Assembly (NCBI GenBank): GCA_937863565.1
Contig: CALMGJ010000010.1
Span: 75,413 to 139,412 of the forward strand
Length of the DNA stretch: 64,000 bases
DNA from: an uncultured bacterium
GTDB taxonomy: Bacteria; AUK180
Reading direction: 5' to 3'
In this document: positions 56,511 to 64,000 of the stretch, in pieces
Position numbering within the stretch: the first letter of the stretch is position 1
Layout: every line of letters starts with the position of its first letter
Made by a program: the position numbers and the translations under genes
Notes under the pieces: generated by a model
Told to the model about the DNA's origin: nothing
Databases searched by the model: none
Seen by the model: the letters and a program-made list of their open reading frames with translations, nothing else

Positions 56511-56512
56511 AT

Positions 56513-56965
56513 ATGCCAAGACCAAGGAACTGCAGGAACATCAAAGGACCGCCTCTTATTTCCGCCTTTAAACCGGTAGGAACACCCGCGCGGTGTCTGA
56601 AGAGCGTAACCATAAGTTTAGATGAATTCGAAGCTATCAGACTTGCCGATCATGAAGGACTGGAACATGAGGAAGCTTCAAAACTGCTCGGTATCTCACG
56701 TTCGGTATTCACGCGTCTGGTTGAGAAAGCGAGGCAAAAGATAGCCGATGCCCTGATCAATGGTTGCGCTATCATAATAGAGGGCGGCGATTATCATTTT
56801 CAGTGTGATTATTACAGGTGTTTGAAATGTTTTGCGGTCATAGAAAGATCATTTTCGGAAAACCCGCCGGTCAATTGCCCGAACTGCGGTTCAGAGGATA
56901 TCAAACATCTCAATGAACATTACGGCGGAAGAGGGCACTGCCGAAGACATGGCGGGAATATTTAA
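56513..56965 (+). CDS. DUF134 (UPF0251) HTH protein with C-terminal zinc ribbon
   Basis: MPRP...R, FKP.G, DEFEAIRLADHEGL, GISR..F.R....AR.KIADAL..G, IEGG; CLKC...CPNC. Confidence 0.9.
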   Translation: MPRPRNCRNIKGPPLISAFKPVGTPARCLKSVTISLDEFEAIRLADHEGLEHEEASKLLGISRSVFTRLVEKARQKIADALINGCAIIIEGGDYHFQCDYYRCLKCFAVIERSFSENPPVNCPNCGSEDIKHLNEHYGGRGHCRRHGGNI

Positions 56966-56977
56966 TAGGAGGTTATC

Positions 56978-57325
56978 ATGCCTGGTATGAACGGAACTGG
57001 GCCCCTCGGAGAGGGATCGATGACAGGAAGAGCAATGGGCCGCTGCAATCCTTCGGCGAACAATGGAACGCCTTTGGGTAATTTTTTTGGCAGACTCGGT
57101 CTCGGAAGACGCTTCGGCTTCGGCCGCGGTTTCGGCTTCGGCCGCGGTATTGGCTTTGGCCGCGGTTGCGGCTATGGACGCGGTTTCGGCTATGCAGCGC
57201 GGGGATTTTTCCCATATGCTCCGGATGCAAAAAGCGAACTCGAATCCCTGAAAGCGGAAAAGAAACTACTTGAGGAAGAGATCAAACGATTGGAAGCGGC
57301 TGAAAGCGGTCCGGAAAACAAATAA
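56978..57325 (+). CDS. DUF5320 family protein (Gly/Arg/aromatic repeats plus coiled coil)
   Basis: MPG..GTGP.G.G.MTGR.MG.C; GRGFGF repeats; C-terminal E...LK.E...LE.E. Confidence 0.85.
   Translation: MPGMNGTGPLGEGSMTGRAMGRCNPSANNGTPLGNFFGRLGLGRRFGFGRGFGFGRGIGFGRGCGYGRGFGYAARGFFPYAPDAKSELESLKAEKKLLEEEIKRLEAAESGPENK
57113..57193 (+). repeat. 18-bp tandem repeat x4.5 (FGFGRG unit)
   Basis: TTCGGCTTCGGCCGCGGT twice, followed by degenerate copies. Confidence 0.9.
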
Positions 57326-58171
57326 TTGAAGATCGCTTTTGCAAGCGGGAAGGGCGGCACCGGCAAGACCGCCCTTTCCGTCAATTTCGCATTATTCTGC
57401 GCGGAAGAGGAACACACGCTTCTTTTGGACCTTGATGTTGAGGAACCGGATGTCCTCAATTTCATTCCACGAGCGGAAATGCTCAATAAAAGAGAGATCA
57501 GCGTCAGGATCCCCGATATTGACAAAGAAAAATGCGACCTTTGCGGCAATTGCGTTAAAGCGTGCAATTTCAATGCGCTGCTTCTTTCAAGAGAAGAGGT
57601 GAAGATCTTCCCCCAGCTTTGCAAGAACTGTTTGGCCTGCGCCGATGTCTGTCCGCGGGATGCCGTTACATTCAAAGAGAAAAGGATAGGAGAGGTCAGC
57701 TCTTTCGGAAGCGACCGGCTCGACCTGATCGAGGGCAGGCTCGATATCGGCGACATACACACCAAAACAATGATCTCGGAAGCAAAAAGATCGGTTTTTA
57801 AAGAATACGATACCGTTATATACGATTGCCCGCCGGGCACCACCTGCCCTATGGTGGAAGCTGTGGTTGACGCGGATTATGCCGCGCTTGTGGCGGAACC
57901 CACTTTGTTCGGCCTTTGCGATCTGGAACTGGCCGTTTCGGCATTGCAGAAAATGAAAAAACCATTCGGCATCATTATCAATAAATCGGAAGAGAATAAC
58001 GATATTATTAAAAAATACTGCATGGATAACGGCATTGTGATACTTGCGGACATCCCTTTTGACGAAGAGGTCTTCAAAAGATACGCGGAGGGGAGGGACC
58101 TGGTAAGTCTGAAATGGTACAAAGGCAAGATGGCCCAGCTCCGACTCAATATAATGAAGGCTGCCCGATGA
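57326..58171 (+). CDS. MinD-superfamily P-loop ATPase with inserted 2x[4Fe-4S] domain (COG1149-like), copy 1
   Basis: ASGKGGTGKT, DLDVEEP, CDLCGNCVKAC, CKNCLACADVCP, DCPPGTTCP. Confidence 0.9.
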   Translation: MKIAFASGKGGTGKTALSVNFALFCAEEEHTLLLDLDVEEPDVLNFIPRAEMLNKREISVRIPDIDKEKCDLCGNCVKACNFNALLLSREEVKIFPQLCKNCLACADVCPRDAVTFKEKRIGEVSSFGSDRLDLIEGRLDIGDIHTKTMISEAKRSVFKEYDTVIYDCPPGTTCPMVEAVVDADYAALVAEPTLFGLCDLELAVSALQKMKKPFGIIINKSEENNDIIKKYCMDNGIVILADIPFDEEVFKRYAEGRDLVSLKWYKGKMAQLRLNIMKAAR

Positions 58172-59064
58172 AACAGATAGCTTTCGCAAGCGGAAAAGGC
58201 GGAGCGGGAAAAACCACCCTTTCCGCGGCTTTCTTCGATCATGTGGCAAGCATGTCCGTATTTGCGGATTGCGATGTTGATGCTTCGGACGCCTTCATCC
58301 TTCTGGAGAAGAGGACCCTTTCATCGGAACCTTTCGAATCCGGGTATAAATACGAAATAGAACAGGATAAATGCACTTCCTGCGGCATATGTCGGGAAAA
58401 ATGCGTTTTCGGAGCGATAAAGATAGAGAACGGGAAATATCTTATAGACCTTTTTAAATGCGAGGGCTGCGGGAGATGCGCTTTGGCTTGTCCGGCCGCC
58501 GCCATAAAGAAAGAAAAGAACTACTGCGGGGATATCTTCAATGCCGAAACACACGGCGGTCATCCGATGGCATATGCCCGGTTTTTCCCCGCGGAAGACA
58601 ATTCGGGTAAACTGGCAAGTAAAGTGAGGATGCGCGCCGTAGCGCAAATGATAAAGGAGAAACGGTCCCTCATCGTGATAGATTCGCCGCCGGGCACCGG
58701 CTGTCCCCTTACTGCGAGCATCACCGGCATTGACTTTCTTGTGGTTGTGATAGAATGTACGATGTCCGGCTTTTCTGATGCGCAGCGTCTCATAGAGCTT
58801 GCAGAGAAGATGAAGATCCCCGTGATGGCAGTATTGAACAAAACAGGCCCGGATGATCTTACTCTTGAAAAAGCCAAAAGGATGCTTGCAGAAAAAGGCA
58901 TTCCCCTTGCGGGCAAGATACCTTTCACAAAAGAGGTGAGCAGTCTTATAAATAGAAAAAAACTCATAACGGATACGGCAGACCCCGCATTGAAGACCGT
59001 TATCGAAAGGATATTTGCCGAGATCTGCCGTTTATCGGGAATAGAAAAAAGGAGTGAAATATGA
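58168..59064 (+). CDS. MinD-superfamily P-loop ATPase with inserted 2x[4Fe-4S] domain (COG1149-like), copy 2
   Basis: ASGKGGAGKT, DCDVDA, CTSCGICREKC, CEGCGRCALACP, NSGKL, DSPPGTGCP; ATG 58168 overlaps the upstream stop. Confidence 0.9.
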   Translation: MKQIAFASGKGGAGKTTLSAAFFDHVASMSVFADCDVDASDAFILLEKRTLSSEPFESGYKYEIEQDKCTSCGICREKCVFGAIKIENGKYLIDLFKCEGCGRCALACPAAAIKKEKNYCGDIFNAETHGGHPMAYARFFPAEDNSGKLASKVRMRAVAQMIKEKRSLIVIDSPPGTGCPLTASITGIDFLVVVIECTMSGFSDAQRLIELAEKMKIPVMAVLNKTGPDDLTLEKAKRMLAEKGIPLAGKIPFTKEVSSLINRKKLITDTADPALKTVIERIFAEICRLSGIEKRSEI

Positions 59065-59387
59065 AAATAGCAGTGGCAACGAACGACAAGACCAGCGTAA
59101 ACCGCGAATTTGCAAGAGCCCTTTTTTTTGCGCTCTACGATGACAGCGGTAAAACATTTGATTTTTTGGATAACTCGGAATCCCAGAACGCCGCTCACGG
59201 CGCAGGCATCATGGCCGCCAATACATTGAAAAAAAATTCAGTGGATGCGGTCCTTGCTTTTCAGCTTGGCCCCAAAGCGCTTGACGGATTGAAAACCAAT
59301 GGTATAAAGATCTTCAGGGTCAATGCAGGCGTTGCTTTGACTGAAGCGGTGAAGATGTACGAAGAGGGCAAACTCGGGGAATACTGA
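59061..59387 (+). CDS. NifB/NifX-family (MTH1175/orange-protein-like) metal-cluster-binding protein
   Basis: MKIAVA, F.RA..F, AHGAGI.AA, GPKA...L...GI. Confidence 0.82.
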   Translation: MKIAVATNDKTSVNREFARALFFALYDDSGKTFDFLDNSESQNAAHGAGIMAANTLKKNSVDAVLAFQLGPKALDGLKTNGIKIFRVNAGVALTEAVKMYEEGKLGEY

Positions 59388-59392
59388 AAGAT

Positions 59393-60187
59393 ATGCAGAT
59401 CACCGTACTTGCCGAGAACAAAGCGGGTAAAGGGGCATATGCCGCCGAACACGGCCTTTCCCTTCATATCGTTCACGGAGAATACACTGTTCTTTTCGAT
59501 ACGGGACAGAGCGGGCTTTTTTCCGAGAACGCCCTTAAAGCCGGCACGGATATCACGTCTGTTCATGCCTCTGTTCTGAGCCACGGCCATTACGACCATG
59601 CCGGGGGGCTTCCAAGATTTATGGAGCTGAACTGCCGCGCACGGATCTTTATGAAGAAGGAAGCCTTGATCCCGAAATACTCCGCGGACGGACGTTTTAT
59701 CGGTACGGACCTGCAAGCTGACAAGGAGAGGTTCTCGTTCATCGACAAACAGTTTGAATTAACTGAAGGGCTTTGGATCATTCCCTCTATTGAAATATTC
59801 GATCAAGATGACACGAACTGCTCGGGTTTTTTCATAGATGACGGACAGGATCTCAGGGCGGATATGTTCGAAGACGAGCTTTTTCTCGCAGCCATGACCG
59901 AAGAAGGCCTGACCGTGATCACGGGATGTTCGCACAGGGGAATAACAAATATCGTTCATACCGCAAAAAGGATATTCAAAAGCCCTGTTGCAGCGGCGAT
60001 CGGCGGTTTTCATCTGAAGGCAAGGTCAGCAGATGAAGTGAGAAGAAAGGCGCTGGCACTGAAAAAAGCGGGATTGAAACGCATTGAAACAGGGCATTGC
60101 ACCGGAAGGGAGAGCCTACGGGAATTGAAAGAGGTCTTCGGGGCGGGTCTCGGAGAGCTTTTCTGCGGAAAGAAAATAAAAATCTGA
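59393..60187 (+). CDS. MBL-fold metallohydrolase (COG1237-like)
   Basis: AEHGLS, LFDTG, LSHGHYDHAGG, TGCSHRG, GGFHL, GHCTG. Confidence 0.88.
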   Translation: MQITVLAENKAGKGAYAAEHGLSLHIVHGEYTVLFDTGQSGLFSENALKAGTDITSVHASVLSHGHYDHAGGLPRFMELNCRARIFMKKEALIPKYSADGRFIGTDLQADKERFSFIDKQFELTEGLWIIPSIEIFDQDDTNCSGFFIDDGQDLRADMFEDELFLAAMTEEGLTVITGCSHRGITNIVHTAKRIFKSPVAAAIGGFHLKARSADEVRRKALALKKAGLKRIETGHCTGRESLRELKEVFGAGLGELFCGKKIKI

Positions 60188-60198
60188 AGGAGAAGATA

Positions 60199-60546
60199 AT
60201 GGGAACGGAAAAAGTCAGGATCGCCATACCCGTAGTGGGAGGCGCAATAAGCGAGCATTTCGGTCATTCGGAAAAATTCGAGGTGTACACGGTCAAGGAC
60301 GGAAAGATCGAAGGCAGTGAGGACCTGGTCCCGCCGCCGCATGAACCGGGCGTGATTCCGAAATGGCTGAACGGGATCGGGGCGAATGTGATCATCACGG
60401 GCGGCATAGGAAGAAAAGCCGTGGAACTTTTCAATTCATACGGTATAACGGTTGTTTCGGGAGTATCTGCCATGACGGCCCGCGAAGCGGCAGAGAAATA
60501 TGTAGAAGGTAACCTTGATTCCACGGGAGAGACCTGTTCGCATTAG
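60199..60546 (+). CDS. NifB/NifX-family metal-cluster-binding protein
   Basis: IAIP, HFGHSEKF, PPPHEPG..P.WL, GGIG.KA, C-terminal CSH; SD AAGGAG. Confidence 0.88.
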   Translation: MGTEKVRIAIPVVGGAISEHFGHSEKFEVYTVKDGKIEGSEDLVPPPHEPGVIPKWLNGIGANVIITGGIGRKAVELFNSYGITVVSGVSAMTAREAAEKYVEGNLDSTGETCSH

Positions 60547-60610
60547 GCTCCGCACCCGTTTTATAAAAACCGCTTTTTATGATATAATCTCAAAAATGGA
60601 GGTCGTCTCT

Positions 60611-61720
60611 ATGAAATGCGGCAGATCCCTCATCTTTGCTCTCGTCTCCCTGCTTTTCATTCTTTCTTCCTGCAAAAGGACCCTTGTCATTGACGATAAT
60701 GCCATAGAGATAAATAAGCTCACCGGCAGCGCCAAAAGTTTCTATGAAGGCAATGATCAGACAGTTTTCCGAACATTCATCCTGGACGGCAACTCGCATT
60801 TCATAATTGCCGAAGAGGATAAACTTGCCTATCTCGGGCGCTATCTCGACAGAATTCGGTATTATGAGGAGAACGGGACCTATAAGCATGTCATACTGCC
60901 CTATGAGAAGCAGTTCGCCGGCCCGGATGATGTCTCCCTCGTTTATGAGAGGAATCTCAGCACACAGAAAGTGTCTTCCGTTGATAATGACCTTCAGACG
61001 AAATTGAACATGAGCATAGACGAGATGATCGTCAAGCTCGGGAAATTGAAACCCCTTACCGAAGATAGAAAGGCGGAGATAAAAGCGTCCGTTTCCGCGC
61101 GTTTCAAAGGGGTTTTCAGAAAGACCAGATCTGTGAAAACGGATGTTTTCCTCTATCAGGTGCGCACCGAACTTCTCGATAAGATAAAAAAAGGCCACGA
61201 GGATCAAAAAGAGCTCATCTCGGAAATAGAGATGAAAAAGAAAAGTTTCATCACGAAGATCCTCATTGCACGGGTCAGTTCCGGCTACACGAAGGATTCG
61301 GGGATAGTCACCGAACTTGCCGCGGAATGGAAGGCGGTCCTGGGAGAGCACGGCCTGGACGCGGGGGATGCTTTCAATATGGAATTGAAGAGCCACTGCG
61401 AGAAGATAAGTCAGCCGCATTATATAATGCTCGGTTACGGTGTGGACATAACCGATTCGATAGAAAACGCTTGCCTTGAAGATCCGGAACATTTCGCAAG
61501 CTCGCTTTTTCCCATAGTCAAAATACCGGGGATACGCTCTCTCGTGGGCGGCGGCACTAAATCACTCGAAGACAAGAAAGATATGTCCGGGGAGGAAAAT
61601 GAGGAAGGTCTGATCGGCTCTCCCGCCGAGGAGGAAATAATGATGAATACCGATGCAATTAATAGGATATTGGAGAATAAGAAGATATCAACCGAAGATC
61701 TCATCAGATCTCTGGAATAG
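60611..61720 (+). CDS. Hypothetical lipoprotein
   Basis: SD GGAGGT; signal peptide with LSSC lipobox; TGATATAAT upstream. Confidence 0.75.
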   Translation: MKCGRSLIFALVSLLFILSSCKRTLVIDDNAIEINKLTGSAKSFYEGNDQTVFRTFILDGNSHFIIAEEDKLAYLGRYLDRIRYYEENGTYKHVILPYEKQFAGPDDVSLVYERNLSTQKVSSVDNDLQTKLNMSIDEMIVKLGKLKPLTEDRKAEIKASVSARFKGVFRKTRSVKTDVFLYQVRTELLDKIKKGHEDQKELISEIEMKKKSFITKILIARVSSGYTKDSGIVTELAAEWKAVLGEHGLDAGDAFNMELKSHCEKISQPHYIMLGYGVDITDSIENACLEDPEHFASSLFPIVKIPGIRSLVGGGTKSLEDKKDMSGEENEEGLIGSPAEEEIMMNTDAINRILENKKISTEDLIRSLE

Positions 61721-61729
61721 AATCCCCCC

Positions 61730-61757
61730 TTGAAAAAATATTAAAAAACATTACAAT
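61730..61757 (+). promoter_or_regulatory. Sigma70 promoter of serC-serA
   Basis: TTGAAA-N16-TACAAT. Confidence 0.55.
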
Positions 61758-61789
61758 ATTACAAACTCAAACAAGTTTGGAGGTTTTCT

Positions 61790-62872
61790 ATGGAAAGGGT
61801 TCACAATTTCAATCCCGGTCCTGCAGCGCTCCCGCTGGAGGTACTGAAACAAGCACAGGAAGAATTTCTCGATTTTAAAGGCGAGGGAATGTCCATCCTG
61901 GAGTCCAGTCACAGGGCGAAATCGTTCGACGCGCTCATCATCGATGCAAAGAAGGACTTAAAGTCGATCATGGGACTTTCGGACGAATACGATGTCCTGT
62001 TCCTCGGAGGCGGAGCTTCAACGCAATTCGCGATGATACCGTACAATTTCCTTAAAGAGGGGACGACGGCCGATTATATCAATACGGGCACATGGGCCAC
62101 AGCCGCGATCAAGGAATCGAAAAAACTCGGCAAGACGAATGTCATCGCTTCATCCGAAGACAGGGAGTTCAGATATATCCCCAAGGATTTCAAGATCGAT
62201 CCCGATGCCTGTTATCTTCACATAACATCGAATAATACCATCCGCGGTACTCAGTGGCAGTCCTTCCCCGATACGGGGAACGTGCCCCTGATCTGCGATA
62301 TGTCGAGCGATTTTCTCAGCAAAAAGCTCGATTTCAGCAAATTCTCTCTCATCTATGCCGGCGCGCAGAAGAACATAGGCCCCGCGGGCGTTACCGTTAT
62401 CGTGATCAAAAAGTCGATGCTCGAGAAACAGAGAAGCGGCGACCTTCTCACAATGCTGAATTATAAAACGCATATCGAAAAGGAATCGCTCCACAATACG
62501 CCGCCTGTCTTCCCCATCTATATCGTCGCGCTCGTTCTGAAATGGGTGATCAAACAGGGCGGTCTTCCCGCGATCGAAAAGCTCAATGACAAAAAAGCCG
62601 GTCTGCTCTACAGCTGTCTCGACAATTCGAACGGATTCTACAGACCGACGGCGGACAAGGATTCGCGCTCCAAGATGAACATCACTTTCAGGCTTCCTTC
62701 GGAAGAGCTCGAGGAGAAGATCGCCGGCGAAGCGAAGAAGGCGAAACTCATTGGCCTCAAAGGCCACAGATCGGTAGGCGGTCTCAGAGCGTCGTTCTAC
62801 AATGCCGTTTCTCTTGAAAGCGCGGAGAAACTCGTGGAATTTCTGGAGAATTTCAGAAAGGCAAATTCATAA
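61790..62872 (+). CDS. serC: Phosphoserine aminotransferase
   Basis: NFNPGPAALP, SHR, GGGASTQF, CDMSS, AGAQKNIGPAG, NTPP, GHRSVGGLRAS. Confidence 0.97.
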   Translation: MERVHNFNPGPAALPLEVLKQAQEEFLDFKGEGMSILESSHRAKSFDALIIDAKKDLKSIMGLSDEYDVLFLGGGASTQFAMIPYNFLKEGTTADYINTGTWATAAIKESKKLGKTNVIASSEDREFRYIPKDFKIDPDACYLHITSNNTIRGTQWQSFPDTGNVPLICDMSSDFLSKKLDFSKFSLIYAGAQKNIGPAGVTVIVIKKSMLEKQRSGDLLTMLNYKTHIEKESLHNTPPVFPIYIVALVLKWVIKQGGLPAIEKLNDKKAGLLYSCLDNSNGFYRPTADKDSRSKMNITFRLPSEELEEKIAGEAKKAKLIGLKGHRSVGGLRASFYNAVSLESAEKLVEFLENFRKANS

Positions 62873-62884
62873 GGAGACGATGAA

Positions 62885-63814
62885 ATGACGAAAATATTGC
62901 TTCTGGACAAGGTCGCCAAAGAGGCGGTCAATATGCTGAAGAAAGTGGAAGGCTTCGAGGTTGACGCGGAAAATGAACTCACCCTCGAGCAGAAGACGGA
63001 AAGAATGCCCGATTACGATGCGTGCGTGATCAGAAGCGCAACGAAATTCGACAAAGCCCTTCTCGATGCCGGAAAGAAGCTCAAACTCATCATAAGGGCG
63101 GGAGAAGGCACGGACAATATAGACAAACCCTATGCCGCGGAAAAGGGCATAGCAGTGGAGAACACGCCGGGCCAGAACAGCCACGCCGTTGCCGAACTCG
63201 CTCTCGGGCATATGTTCAGTCTGGCCAGGCATCTTCCCCGCGCGGATGAAACGATGCACAAGGGGACCTGGGACAAGAAGAACCTTGCCGGTACAGAGCT
63301 CAAAGGCAAGACGCTCGGCATCATCGGCTCCGGGAAGATAGGGCACGACCTTGCCGGTATGTGCAAGGCCTTAGGCATGAGGACCGTCGCTTTCGATGTG
63401 GTGCAGAACGCCAAGGATATTGAATATGTTGATATGGATACGCTTCTTTCCACGGCCGACTATATCTCGATACATGTGCCTTTGAACGACAAGACAAGGG
63501 ACCTCATCAAGAAAGCGGAGCTTTCGAAGATGAAAAAGACCGCTTATATCATCAACTGCGCAAGAGGCGGGATCATCAATGAAAAGGACCTTGCCGATGC
63601 GGTCAAGGAAGGCATCATCAAAGGCGCGGCGGTGGATGTTTATACGGAAGAGCCGGTAAAACCGGAGAACCCGCTTATCGGCGTGCCGGGCATTCTGCTC
63701 ACGCCTCACCTGGGCGCTTCAACGGCCGAAGCGGAGAACAATTGCTCCACGGCCGCCGCGGAACAGATCATCGCTTTCTTCAAGGAGAACAAAGTACTGA
63801 ACAAGGTCAACTGA
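62885..63814 (+). CDS. serA: D-3-phosphoglycerate dehydrogenase, short form without ACT domain
   Basis: IRSATK, RAGEGTDNID, NTPGQN..AVAEL, GIIGSGKIG, INCARGG, TPHLGAST; follows serC. Confidence 0.82.
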   Translation: MTKILLLDKVAKEAVNMLKKVEGFEVDAENELTLEQKTERMPDYDACVIRSATKFDKALLDAGKKLKLIIRAGEGTDNIDKPYAAEKGIAVENTPGQNSHAVAELALGHMFSLARHLPRADETMHKGTWDKKNLAGTELKGKTLGIIGSGKIGHDLAGMCKALGMRTVAFDVVQNAKDIEYVDMDTLLSTADYISIHVPLNDKTRDLIKKAELSKMKKTAYIINCARGGIINEKDLADAVKEGIIKGAAVDVYTEEPVKPENPLIGVPGILLTPHLGASTAEAENNCSTAAAEQIIAFFKENKVLNKVN

Positions 63815-63840
63815 CCTTGTTTTATTATCAAAAGATCAAT

Positions 63841-63874
63841 GGCCGGGTATCCGAAAGGGTACCCGGTTTTTTTT
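63841..63874 (+). terminator. Rho-independent terminator of serC-serA
   Basis: GGCCGGGTATCC-GAAA-GGGTACCCGGTT followed by a T-run. Confidence 0.92.
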
Positions 63875-63970
63875 GAAAGAGGATTTTAACAACTTTTAAC
63901 TTCGCGATCTTCGCAATGTTCCGCGTAATAAATAAAGACCAGGTAATTTTGAGATAAGTATAATAAGTAT

Positions 63971-64000
63971 AACACCGTCCCCATTTTTCCAATGTCAACC
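63971..64000 (-). repeat. REP-like dispersed motif (copy 2, truncated by the window end)
   Basis: Minus strand GGTTGACATTG-G-AAAAATGGGGACGGTGTT shares both halves of the 46125-46150 motif. Confidence 0.4.

Noticed and set aside
57113..57193. Tandem repeat as possible CRISPR array
   Set aside because: No spacers, in-frame coding repeat, and no cas genes
57326..60546. Nitrogen fixation cluster
   Set aside because: The NifX-like and P-loop proteins are not NifH/D/K; no nitrogenase structural genes in the window
60590..61492. 300-aa antisense ORF
   Set aside because: Opposite a gene with promoter, SD and lipobox; no independent signals
63954..63971. ATAAGTATA tandem pair
   Set aside because: Short AT-rich repeat at the window edge; context unavailable

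Overview
Gene-dense bacterial chromosomal region of moderate GC, with about 65 CDSs mostly in long overlapping operons. It probably comes from a diderm anaerobe, judging from PilB, the TatT/TRAP transporter, beta-barrel-like proteins and several 4Fe-4S proteins. I found no rRNA, tRNA, CRISPR array, transposase or prophage. Housekeeping genes include rny, deoC, eno, ftsB, asnS, argF, dtd, mtnP, ribD, serC and serA. Best leads: (1) a very compact (~122 nt) 6S-like RNA upstream of rny, absent from the ORF track; (2) an orange-protein-like metal-cluster operon (DUF134, DUF5320, two Fe-S P-loop ATPases, NifX-like, MBL, NifX-like) behind a perfect sigma70 promoter carrying two copies of a palindromic operator, suggesting DUF134 autoregulation; (3) two TldD/TldE pairs within 8 kb, one apparently co-transcribed with a DPS-like thioferritin; (4) unusual fusions (flavoprotein-like domain-DeoC with an internal ribosome-binding site; degenerate TsaC-RpiB); (5) probable leaderless genes, a probable CTG-start glycosyltransferase, an ECF-type promoter, several perfect palindromes and a REP-like dispersed motif. 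All family assignments come from motif recognition by eye; no database searches were run.
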